A DNA stretch of 64,000 nt, taken from Octopus vulgaris. Taxonomy: Eukaryota. The stretch is taken from the NCBI GenBank assembly GCA_951406725.2, contig OX597826.1:16864001-16928000 (forward strand), written 5' to 3'. Below the pieces are notes generated by a model. The model saw only the letters and a list, made by a program, of their open reading frames with translations, was not told the origin of the DNA and searched no databases. Numbering within the stretch: the stretch's first letter is position 1; the number at the start of each line of letters is the position of its first letter. Position numbers and translations under genes: made by a program. Positions 44,422-55,540 of the stretch are shown here, piece by piece.

Positions 44422-44908
44422 AATATATGTGTGTGTGTGTGTGTGTTCGGTAGTTGAAACGCACGATGCTACAATCTAAAAATTACAACCAGTTATGGAA
44501 CTGATGCTTCATATATTTAGATAGTACTAGACTACCCGTGACCCGTTGGGTCACCTATAGTTCAAGGTACCCCAATAGTCCGCGTAATTTGTGTTATTCC
44601 GTTTGTATTCACATTCCAATGGTACCTTACTTTCAAAGAATATTTCGTATTATACGCCGCTTTGGATATTTATAAAAAAATGCGTATCTCTGTAACGCGA
44701 AAAGAAAAACGCGTATCTCAGTAACGCATGTTTCGATTTACGTGAAACTTGTTTTATTCCGCTTGTATTTACATGAACATCCGATTCATGTTGTTTTCTG
44801 CCTTTGCCTCGGTAAATATTTCCTAAAAGGCCTCTTCGTACTTCGATGTAAAATAATTTTTTCCACTACCCTTTTCGAGTGCATTCAATGTATCTCACCT
44901 CCAAACTC

Positions 44909-45409
44909 GCCGCAAGCCACTTTCTTGAAAAGAAAGGAGAAGCGTAGTGGGGATCTCTGGGTTTCACGAGAAACTCCGAGTTTCCCACCAACAAATTTTT
45001 GTTTGACTGAGGTTTTTTGTCTTTTTCAGGTTGTTTCGCATACTTTTAACGAATGTGACATCGAAATCATGCATAAACGGCTCCTTTCCCCAGAAAAAGA
45101 AAGCTTTGGCTGCTATTTCTAGAACGCCCTTCTTCCACGTAACAGCTATTTCGGATTCTTTATCGCAAGGAGCTGTTACTTGGTAGCAGGGTGTGCTAGA
45201 ATTAGCAGTCAAATCTTTCCTTTTATGAGGAAAGTAGCCGTTTACGCGTGATTTCGATATCACATTCGTTGAAAGAATGCGAAATAATCTGAAAAAGAAA
45301 AATCCTCGAAACAAAACTTCGTTGGTAGAAAACCCGGAGTTTCCAGGGAAACTCCGAGGTCCTTACCACTCTTCAACCTCTTTCTTTTCCGGAAAAAGTG
45401 TCTTGCGGC
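44909..45409. repeat. ~500-bp imperfect palindrome (foldback), arms 44909-45147 and 45171-45409
   Basis: GCCGCAAG...CTTGCGGC ends; TAACGAATGTGACATCGAAATCA vs TGATTTCGATATCACATTCGTTG; GTAACAGCT/AGCTGTTAC close a 23-nt loop. Confidence 0.9.
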
Positions 45410-46016
45410 ACTCTAAAAAATCTGTGGAAAAAAACTTATTTCACACTGAGATATGAACGGATGCTGTTGCGAAATATTTACCTCTCTTAAGTCATTTTCT
45501 CTTTGAAATGAATTTTAAATATGCCAAAAGAATATTAAATATTGTGTCTTTAAAGAAAGCTAAAATATAAATATTTACTGTACAAAGAACTAGTATTTTG
45601 AAATCATGTTCACTTAAAAATAATTGAAATATTGTTTTTAGCAAAAGCGAAAGTAGAAACATTTTCTGTAAAAACTACTCGTATTTTTCGTTGGCAAGTT
45701 AAAGTCACTAAGACATTTATCCAGGTTGTGAAGTTTCAAAATACAGAAGACATTGATCATAATGTCTAATCGAAAGGTTAGAGTTTCTTCCCTTTCAGGA
45801 TTATGTTATTTTCGGAGTATTTTTCCCATTATGCAGCGTTTGGGGTATTTATGAATAGCCCAGATCCCCCCATATTTCAGGATTCCGCTGTCCGATTTAC
45901 GCGATTTATTTTTATTCCGTTTGTATTCACAATTCATAGTATTTTCCCAGTATGCACCATTTTGGCTGTATTAAATAACAGACAAGCAAGCAATCAGAGA
46001 GTTTATAGTAGTATAT

Positions 46017-46222
46017 ACTCTTACTCTTTTACTTGTATCAGTCATTTGACTGCGGTCATGCTGGAGCACCGCCTTTTAGTCGAGCAAATCGACCCCGGGT
46101 CTTATCCTTTGTAAGCCCAGTACTTATTCTATCGGTCTCTTTTTGCCGGGGACGTAAACACAGCAGCATCGGTTGTCAAGCAATGCTAGGGGGACAAACA
46201 CAGACACACAAACACACACACG

Positions 46223-46276
<54 letters not shown>

Positions 46277-46421
46277 TACGACAGACTTCTTTCAGTTTCC
46301 GTCTACCAAATCCACTCACAAGGCATTGGTCGGCCTGGGGCTATAGCAGAAGACACTTGCCCAAGATAAAAAACCATGTGGTTGGTTAGCAAGCTACTTA
46401 CCACACAGCCACTCCTACGCC
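46017..46421 (-). mobile_element. SINE family A inserted near the Helitron 5' end
   Basis: Closely matches 1551-1991, with a small deletion around the B box. Confidence 0.9.
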
Positions 46422-46833
46422 TATATATATAGATAGTTTTTTAATACTATATAGTAAAAAATTAAGCTCTCGGGAAATCTGAGAGCATTGCAAAATTTTA
46501 ATCTTTGCTTCAAACTTTTTCACGTAAATATTTTCTCTCCTTACACACTGATTTTTGTGGAAAATGTAAAAAGAAATATTGCAATACAGTCATTTTACTG
46601 GATCGATTTTATATTTCAGGCTGATACATATTGTTTTGAATGCAGGATTAGCAAAACTTGTAGCCAATAGGCGTAAACAACACTGTACTATTATGTTAAC
46701 CTATATATCCTGAGTTAAATTTCAATCTGAATGAACATTGAATCAAGTAAAGTACATGAAACAATGCATTGTATCCATGACAGTGGTGACGGAATGTAAA
46801 AATAGATAAATTTACAAAATCGAGAAGAAACCA

Positions 46834-46888
46834 GAGTTTATTTATAGTTTATTTATAGTTTATTTATAGTTTATTTATAGTTTATTTA
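46834..46888. repeat. 11-bp minisatellite (AGTTTATTTAT)x~5
   Basis: Directly visible. Confidence 0.9.
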
Positions 46889-47472
46889 ATTTTGTTACAA
46901 ACACGTGCAGTCATTGAACTCCAGCTGCCTTTATAACTTAAATTTGGTACGGAAATTATATTAATGAACAGTATTTGTCAAATAGTTAATCAGCACTTCG
47001 CAATTTCCAGTGACCTGCCTTTTCCACTGTAGTTTGAATATCACGCATGGTGGTATTTGATTTACGATGGTTTAAGCCTAACGATAACAGTTTCCCCACA
47101 CTGTATCCAACGAACCCTCTACATCTATATATAGATGTGTGTGTGTGTGTGTATGTGTGTGTGTGTAAAATATCCTGCAAGTTAAGTTGGAGGCCCTTGA
47201 CGATAATGTAACCTTCAAGATACTAAGGTATTGATGAATAACTATTAGAGTACCCCACGTTGTGTAATTACTACTTGTGAGGTTCTGCTAGCTAGGAAAC
47301 ATATGTAGCCTGGATTTTAACCTCGAAATTCCGCAAATTTGGATTTTAATTTGCATACATAGTTGCTAACCGTCAACTGCAGAATAACGTTTTTTTTACT
47401 TTATTGATCTTCGATATGGGAAAAGTTACAGCCTTCCATGCCAATAAACGGCTATTGTTCCCGAAAGTTGAT

Positions 47473-47857
47473 TTTTACCTCCGCCAAGGAAGAGGTTATG
47501 TTCTGTCTGTCCATCTATGTGCAAAGTAACTCAAAAAGTTGTGAATGGTATTTGATGAACTTGCAGGAACAGTTGCTTTTGACATAATAAACAGATGATG
47601 ACTTTTTCGTAGTGATCCGCGAATTTTTATGGATTTTTGAAGGATTTTTCCTTTGTTATATTTACTTTACATGAAGTAGTACAATGTTAAGTTCTTTGAT
47701 TATCTCCCTTGAAAACACGTTCATCGTTTCCACATAACCTATGGCGGGGTTGCTGTTTCCTAAGTTTATTTTCGTTTATCTTTTAGTACTTTTACTCGCG
47801 TATCAAACTTCAAATGGTTTTGGCGGAGGTCTGCGCTTCCCTAGTGCTCTTCTAGTT
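47473..47857 (+). mobile_element. HINE (Helentron-associated, DINE-1-like non-autonomous element)
   Basis: Subterminal inverted repeats ACCTCCGCCAA (47477-47487) / TTGGCGGAGGT (47820-47830), short GTCT repeat after the 5' subTIR, 3' stem-loop GCGCT..AGTGC, end CTAGTT, T-run target. Confidence 0.85.
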
Positions 47858-48015
47858 TATACCTTCTACGGACTACTCGACTCTTACTAACTTCCTACAT
47901 TCCGATCCTTAGATCATACACTTACATCATTCTACACACGCACACACACGCACATACACACACACGCACACACACGCACACACAAACATACACACACACA
48001 CAAACACACACACAC

Positions 48016-48189
48016 CGTTAGCCACTGCACACATTTTTCTCTCCTTGTTTTTTCTGTGTCCCTTTCTGTAGAAGAGCGAAGGCTCGAAACGTAAAAGACG
48101 TTTCTATTTCTGAGCGTTATACTAATACATCTGTTTGTTTTGTACACCACCTGTCTTCGTCTTTTGTTTTTTTGTTTTTCGTAAAATTT

Positions 48190-48193
<4 letters not shown>
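48016..48193 (+). mobile_element. ~175-bp interspersed element with hammerhead-like motif (Penelope tail or retrozyme-like), copy 1
   Basis: Near-identical to 55809-55988; CTTT-CTGTAGA-AGAGC-GAAG-GCTC-GAAACGTA-AAAG; sits between CA and TA microsatellites. Confidence 0.7.
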
Positions 48194-48225
<32 letters not shown>

Positions 48226-48254
48226 CTTTCTCTCTATATTCTTTTATGTTTTTA

Positions 48255-48457
48255 TTCTTTTATTTGTTTCAGTCATTTGATTGCGGCCATGCTGGAGCAC
48301 CGCCTTTAGTCGAGCAAATCGACCCCAGGGACTTATGCTTTGTAAGCCTTCTTCTATAGGTCTCTTTTGCCGAACTGCTAAGTTACAGGGACGTAAAAAC
48401 ACACCAGCATCGGTTGTCAAGCCATGTTGGAAGGAAAAACACTTACACACACACACT

Positions 48458-48547
<90 letters not shown>

Positions 48548-48681
48548 GGCTCCTTTCAGTTTCCGTCTATCAAATCCACTCACAAGGCTCTGGTCGGCTC
48601 GAGGCTACAGTAGAAGACACTTGCTCAATGTGCCACTCAGTGAGACAGAACTCGGAACCATGTGGTTAGTAAGCAAGCTGC
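48255..48681 (-). mobile_element. SINE family A, head interrupted by the adjacent ORF1-only element (remainder at 50648-50681)
   Basis: Body matches family A; ...AAGCAAGCTGC stops at 48681 and ACCACACAGCTACTCCTG resumes at ~50664. Confidence 0.85.
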
Positions 48682-50647
48682 TTTATTTCATTAAGATTTG
48701 CCATAAAGGCATTACAAAGAGTAGTTTGCGGGCTAGACATATACATTGATGAGGTGAATGAGGAAACAAGGATGATATTGATGAGAGAATGCAGAAAACA
48801 CCCGCCGATTTTCTGCTTCTCTAAAACATTGTTCTTTTTTTTCCAACAGAAATGACAGTTTTTACAGTTATTGGACTTAATAGTCCATTACAAATATATA
48901 CAATAAATTATTCAATATACACACAATCTATGAGATCAATGATCCTCACCGGAGCCCCCAAGCAAATGAACTGTCACCTGCAGGAAACCCTGCATCGGCA
49001 GGTCGGGGCCCGGGAAGAGGAAAGCAAAATCTTCCTTATTACAGGTCACCATGACCTCGAACAGCTCCTTCTGATGCACGACCTCTGCAGCTATCTGCGG
49101 AGGGCAGCCTGGACAATCTATACAGACCGAGTCCAATTGTTCTCGGCCTGGAAGACCGTCCAAGCACTTCTCGACAGGCCCTCCTCTGAGATAGAAAACG
49201 ATGGGTTTCACCTCCTCTTCATTGGGAGGGGCCTCAGCCTGCTCTGTCAGTGGCACAATTCCCACTGACAGAATCTCTATCTCCGGTGGCACACCTTCCA
49301 CTGGAGGAGCATCGGGTTCGGTCGGCGGCACAACGATATCCGTCGAACGTCTCCCGTTTCTCTTCCTTCTCTTTTTCCTTCTTACGGTTGCGGGAGTCGG
49401 GGCCTCCCCGGGGTCCTCCTCCTCTCCCGCAACCTGCGCGTCTGTTGGTGAGCAACCATTATTACTCACCTTTCTTTACTTCCTCGTTGACGCCTTATTA
49501 ATGTGGCCTGACTTCAGGTACGAATGACACTTGGCGGGGCGTCCCTCAAGGATCACTGGGTGCCTAGAACCGGCCAATGTCATAAAATCCGGTAATACCA
49601 GATCTTCGGCTGACTAGGTCCAAAGTGTCAAAACAGCTTTTGACCCCACCCAGTCAACCGCAAACATAATTTTTACATTCAACAGCTTGGTGTTACCCAG
49701 ACCCCGGCGGATGGTTTCCTCTATCCACTCGAGCTCAATTCCGAGTGGCAGCCCACACCCAAGCTCTCGTTAATTTTCGCCCACCGTATGTGGGGAGAAA
49801 CAAAATCGTCTCTCCCCCACTACCGGTTGTCACGCAAAATTGTTTTCTTCCGTAGGGGTGTCAAAAAGAACACACACAGTTTCATACTTTGCTCCCCTAC
49901 GAATAAATCGAAAAGTTGGCAGGTACTCTGCCAACTCTTCCTCAATCTCAGACAGAGAGCTCAACGATGGTTTCAAGGACCCTAGAGTAGATCCTTAACA
50001 CCACCGTTCTCTCAGTATAATTTTTAAGCCAATGTTTGGGGCCCACAATTCGCCACTCTAAAGCGGTGTTCTTTGTTGTCATTTTTTCCAAAAATAAAAT
50101 AAAAATAAAATGTTCCAAAAACAAAAAGTTCAAAAATGTTCAAATAAAAGTCAATAATAAAACACAAAGAAAGAACGGAAAGACAGACGAGAGAACAAAA
50201 GGAATGAAGGAGACAGTTCAACTGGCAACAAAATTTCTGCTACCCAGGTAATCTGCAGTTCCCCGTCGAAGCACAAAAATTAAATTATTTGCCATCTTCG
50301 CACTCCTTGCTTGAATGGTAAATCCAAAAGTAATTCCCGGTCACGAACACAGTCAAAAAAAGACAATTGTCACAAAAATCTTTTTCCAGGAGGGAATACG
50401 CCTCCCAAAAACACTATTCTCACTGCAAAGTGAGTGTTTTCGCAGAACCACAGGCAGGCAAATGTCTGGAACGGAGTGGAGACTATTACTCAACAAAAAT
50501 GATTAAAATTACAGAGCAACAAACTCCATTAAGCCCCCCAAAATAAACCAAACGCCTACCTGTAGTCGTGGTTCAATCTATCAATATTTCACGTCGAAAG
50601 ACGTGACTTCTAAGCAGCATGAAAAAATGCGAACTCTTCTCTAATGA
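48682..50647 (-). mobile_element. ORF1-only (HAL1-like) non-LTR element related to Tx1/L1 ORF1
   Basis: ATG at 50082 (MTTKNT...TERTVVLRIYSR), FLPTYGGRK, EGRPAKCHSYLKSGHINKAS (degenerate CCHC), basic RRKKRRKR/acidic C-terminal ORF to 48936, 3' UTR ending AATAAA; ~14-bp imperfect TSD; no RT. Confidence 0.7.
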
Positions 50648-52646
50648 GGTAAACAAGCTACAAACCACACAGCTACTCCTGTTTATATATTCGTTTATCT
50701 GCATCTTTTACTTGTTTCAGTCATTCGACGGTGGCCATCCATCGGCGCCACCTTCAGGAATTTTTATTGTTTTAAAGTACTTATTTTATAGTTCCCGTTT
50801 GCCCTACCTATGGGGACGTAAACACAACAGCACCGGTTGTCAACCTGTGGTGATCGACAAACACAGACACACACGCACAAATCCACACGACAGGCTTCAC
50901 TCAGCTTCTGTCTATCAAACCCAGTCACAAAGCTTTTGTCGGCCCGAAGCTATAGTAGAAATCACTTGTCTACGAACCACATTCTGTAGCACTGAATGTG
51001 GTTCGTAGGCAAACTTGTTCCCATGCACTTCGGACCCATGTGGTTCTGCGTTTATATATAAGCATGGATGCGAAGTATATTTCTTACAGACATAAGTGTA
51101 TCTGCGCTTATAAGTTTATATACATTTATACTAATACATACATGTGTATACGAGAGTGCATTTATACTTTTCAATGTATGTATTAATGAATAGTCTATAA
51201 TTATAGAAAGTTACGTTGGTTGTTTCACAGCTAAATCAGAAGAGATTGATGTTGCGCTCATTATGGAATATTGAACGCAGTTAATCTACGTGATAAGATG
51301 CACATTAAGCCAAGAAAAGCTACTCCAGTCAATCAAATGTAGTACATGTATAAATAAATGTTCACAGGCATACAGCTCTTGCAAATACACGCCCATATTA
51401 AAACATACAACAGAAAGAAAGACAGACGAGAGAACAAAAGGAATGAAGGAGACAGTTCAACTGGCAACAAAATTTCTGCTACAGGTAATCTGCAGTTCCC
51501 CGTCGAAGCACAAAAATTAAATTATTTGCCATCTTCGCACTCCTTGCTTGAATGGTAAATCCAAAAGTAATTCCCGGTCACGAACACAGTCAAAAAAAGA
51601 CAATTGTCACAAAAATCTTTTTCCAGGAGGGAATACGCCTCCCAAAAACACTATTCTCACTGCAAAGTGAGTGTTTTCGCAGAACCACAGGCAGGCAAAT
51701 GTCTGGAACGGAGTGGAGACTATTACTCAACAAAAATGATTAAAATTACAGAGCAACAAACTCCATTAAGCCCCCCAAAATAAACCAAACGCCTACCTGT
51801 AGTCGTGGTTCAATCTATCAATATTTCACGTCGAAAGACGTGACTTCTAAGCAGCATGAAAAAATGCGAACTCTTCTCTAATGAGGTAAACAAGCTACAT
51901 ACCACACAGCTACTCCTGTTTATATATTCGTTTATCTGCATCTTTTACTTGTTTCAGTCATTCGACGGTGGCCATCCATCGGCGCCACCTTCAGGAATTT
52001 TTATTGTTTTAAAGTACTTATTTTATAGTTCCCGTTTGCCCTACCTATGGGGACGTAAACACAACAGCACCGGTTGTCAACCTGTGGTGATCGACAAACA
52101 CAGACACACACGCACAAATCCACACGACAGGCTTCACTCAGCTTCTGTCTATCAAACCCAGTCACAAAGCTTTTGTCGGCCCGAAGCTATAGTAGAAATC
52201 ACTTGTCTACGAACCACATTCTGTAGCACTGAATGTGGTTCGTAGGCAAACTTGTTCCCATGCACTTCGGACCCATGTGGTTCTGCGTTTATATATAAGC
52301 ATGGATGCGAAGTATATTTCTTACAGACATAAGTGTATCTGCGCTTATAAGTTTATATACATTTATACTAATACATACATGTGTATACGAGAGTGCATTT
52401 ATACTTTTCAATGTATGTATTAATGAATAGTCTATAATTATAGAAAGTTACGTTGGTTGTTTCACAGCTAAATCAGAAGAGATTGATGTTGCGCTCATTA
52501 TGGAATATTGAACGCAGTTAATCTACGTGATAAGATGCACATTAAGCCAAGAAAAGCTACTCCAGTCAATCAAATGTAGTACATGTATAAATAAATGTTC
52601 ACAGGCATACAGCTCTTGCAAATACACGCCCATATTAAAACATACA
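50178..52646. repeat. Near-identical direct tandem duplication, period 1237 bp (50178-51409 and 51417-52646)
   Basis: Duplicated ORFs offset by 1237 (50315/51552, 50619/51856, 50998/52235); by eye only a 2-nt indel and one substitution differ. Confidence 0.97.
50700..51045 (-). mobile_element. Diverged SINE family A copy (duplicated at ~51937-52282)
   Basis: TTTTACTTGTTTCAGTCATT...GGGACGTAAACAC...CGGTTGTCAA...GCTATAGTAGAA. Confidence 0.8.
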
Positions 52647-53079
52647 TACTCATGCAAAAACAGAGAAGGAGAGAGGGCGAGAGGGAAATATCATCAATAA
52701 GACTGACATGTGAAAGTAAAATTGAGTCCATCAAAAGCAGACTGTTTGTAATACGTCATTTGTACTTTCGTACAAATAGCATAGATATTTATATAAATCA
52801 CCATTGAATTCAGTATTCATAATTCAATATATACCATTAATATAGATACATATGAATGTCTTAAAATATGGTAAATTACAATTTAAAATTATCCTCTCAG
52901 TTTTACTAGTTTCTGTCTTTAGGCTACGGCACCATTGTGGTATTTTCTTTCAGCTCGACCCTAGTTCTGGTATTGTGGATCTATGTGTACGGAATCGTTA
53001 CACAACACTTTTTGAAACAATACTGGTAAGGATAAACATGTATGCACACAGTAACGGGGTCAACTCTGATCCTTCGAAA

Positions 53080-53960
53080 CAAGCTAGTGTGTGTCTTCTC
53101 CGCTAGAAACCAGCCAGTATCTTTGATCTTGCCAACCACTACCCTACTGCACTAAGTTCATGTCTTTCGGGTAATGCAATGGGCTATTAACAATAACTTT
53201 CTTTAAAACCACGAATCTCCATCTCCTTAATGACCACCAGTAGTCTTTCGGTAGAACTCCATCATCCGATTGCACATCGAACATACACCAAAGAGCTCTT
53301 AGTCTTAGTGGTATTTTGTGAAAGGAATGTTGTTACCCTCGACTGTACCTCTTATACGATTCATCTTTCTTAAAGTTGTTACCATAGTCGCCATTCATAT
53401 TCTAGTCATTTCTATAGGTAGATTGCAATAACATCGCATTATTGCCATATGTTGACATGTTAATTCCGGCGTATGCCAGTGTTCATTTAATCCTTCCCAT
53501 TCTTCCTTTTAAACGCCAGTGCTATATATGATGTTACATCCAACAACACACAGTTATATGCAGATGTTAAAATCCTTCATCTTTCCCTCATACTATCCAA
53601 CATCGTATTATCCACCCGTACCCTAGTCACCATATGCCGACCCATATTGACTTTATGAACGATATATCGAAGCGATCGTGTTTTTCTCAACAGTAACAAA
53701 CACACAATTGCATCACACCCGTTTCTACATTACAGACTCGAATGGAATACTAGAAATTGCTCAAATTAAGGATCTTACTATCCCAACTGTCAAAAAGACG
53801 CACTTAGGATCATAGCTACTGGCTCTCATATTCGTGGTCATAAGATAATTCAGCCTCCTGCAAATATTGATACACTACACAGCTCAGGTTTGACCTACAA
53901 TGAACTGTTGCACTTGCAGCTAGGACGATGTTGGTTCTACATTAAGCGTCATCGTGGACC
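53080..53960 (+). mobile_element. Highly decayed L2/CR1-like LINE RT fragment
   Basis: HLLNDHQ*SF (xQYGF), VNSGVCQCS (SGVPQGS) and QLYADV (YADD) occur in the expected order. Confidence 0.55.
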
Positions 53961-54039
53961 GCTAAACGATCAGGGTCATACATATGTATGTGTATCTGCG
54001 TGTGTGTGTGTGTATAGTGGGGTGTGTATATGTATATAT

Positions 54040-54245
54040 TATTCTTTTCCGTGTTTCAGTCATTTTACTACGGCAATGCTGGAACACCTCCGTGAAGTGT
54101 TTTTGGTGAGCAATTCAACCCCAGCACTTATTTTTAAACCTAGTACTTCTTTCAGTCTCTTTACCGAACCGCTATGTTACAAGCACGTAAACACACCAGC
54201 ATCGGTGGTCAAGCGATTGGTGGAGGAACAAACACAGACACACAC
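54040..54245 (-). mobile_element. SINE family A, 3' half
   Basis: GTTTCAGTCATT...ATGCTGGA.CACC...CCTAGTACTT...CGTAAACACACCAGCATCGGT. Confidence 0.8.
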
Positions 54246-54374
54246 ATACGCACGCACACGCACACACACACGCACATATACATTTGTATGTATGTATGTG
54301 TGTGTGTGTGTGTGTGCGCGTATGTATGTATGTATGTATGTATGTATTTATGAATCTATGTATGTATGTATGTT

Positions 54375-54791
54375 GACGGTAACGTTTTTTGCCACTATAA
54401 CATGGCTGTTCTATAAAGAACAATGTTACTACATTTTCACACCAGGAAAACGTATTTTCCAGCTGGTTAACGGCACACAACCTGGGTCCGATGTATTGTG
54501 AGTTAGGGAACAATTCACTACCCTCCACCTTGGCAAGACCTGTAGACCATGGTTTCTGGGTCTTTACCCTTCATTGGCGCACTGGTCACCTGCCTGCCCG
54601 CAGACCCCACAGCCGTGATGTACTGGGCTTGCCAAGCTGAAATAGTGTGACACGCTCCCTTACACACAATATATCGGACACCGGTTGTGTGTCCTTAACC
54701 AGCTGGAAAAGACGTTTTCCTGGGTTTAGAATGTAGTAACATTGATCGTTATAGAACAGCCATGTTATAGTGGCAAAAAAACGTTAGTGTC
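54375..54791. mobile_element. Non-autonomous element with ~135-bp terminal inverted repeats enclosing a degenerate hammerhead motif
   Basis: Arms 54375-54510 and 54654-54791 (TTTTTTGCCACTATAACATGGCTGTTCTATAA / TTATAGAACAGCCATGTTATAGTGGCAAAAAA); hammerhead-like 54539-54585 on the minus strand. Confidence 0.8.
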
Positions 54792-54851
54792 TAGTATTGT
54801 TACTACTTATATCTCGTTTAGACAATTTTAAAACTGGCTATTTTGTTCGTT

Positions 54852-55147
54852 GTGGATGCACATGGCCTAGTGGTTAGAGCAGCGGACTCGCAGTCCAGGG
54901 ATCGCGGGTCCGAATCTCAGCCCGGGCGATGTGTGCATTTATGAGCGAAACACTTAAGTTCCACGTGGCTCCGGCAGAAGCTAATGGCGAACTTCTGCTG
55001 ACTCCTTTGCCACAACTTGCTCTCACTCTTTTCTCATGTATCTTGCAGCTCACCTGCGAGGGACCGGCGTCTCATCCAGGTGGGGAACCTATACGCCAAG
55101 GAAACTGGCCCTATGAGCCAAGCCTGGTTCGAGAAGAAACAAAAACA
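54852..55147 (+). mobile_element. tRNA-derived SINE, family C2 (V-domain-like 3' module)
   Basis: TGGCCTAGTGGTTAGAGCAG head shared with 8598-8998; CCTGCGAGGGACCGGCGTCTCATCCAGG recalls the V-SINE domain; A-rich tail. Confidence 0.8.
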
Positions 55148-55229
55148 GTTTTGTTCGTTGCGAGATCAGCAGCTGTCTGCCACTTCTCCGTTTATATATT
55201 ATGAGAAGGGACGATTGACAATCATCTCT

Positions 55230-55452
55230 AGCAGGCATTTGTCCAGTATCGATGAAGGGTAAAGAGCCACAAACGATAGTTTACTGGTCTTTCCAAGCAG
55301 GAAGAATGTGCTTCGCTCCCTTACTCACAATATATCGGACACAGATTGTATGTCGTTAACCAGCCGGAAAGACTTTTACCTGGGGTTAAAATGTAGTAAC
55401 ACTTCTTTAAAGAACAGCCATGTTATGGTAGCAAAAAAAATACGTTACCGTC
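55230..55452 (+). mobile_element. Second, half copy of the TIR-hammerhead element in the opposite orientation
   Basis: Homologous to the reverse complement of 54375-54600; ends CGTTACCGTC. Confidence 0.8.
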
Positions 55453-55494
55453 TTGCACTGTTACTACTAGCTATTACGACTAGCTATTTTGATC

Positions 55495-55540
<46 letters not shown>

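Larger units (their letters stand above)
44527..46433 (-). mobile_element. Non-autonomous Helitron with nested foldback and SINE
   Basis: Minus strand starts A|TCTATATAT (continuing TATACTACTATAAA past the SINE) and ends with hairpin GTGACCC-AAC-GGGTCAC followed by GGGTAGTCTAG|T. The AT target, TC...CTAG termini and subterminal hairpin are Helitron hallmarks. Confidence 0.75.

Noticed and set aside
48936-49469. 177-aa GC-rich ORF as a host gene exon
   Set aside because: It lies within a TSD-bounded insert and continues a frameshifted ORF1-like frame.
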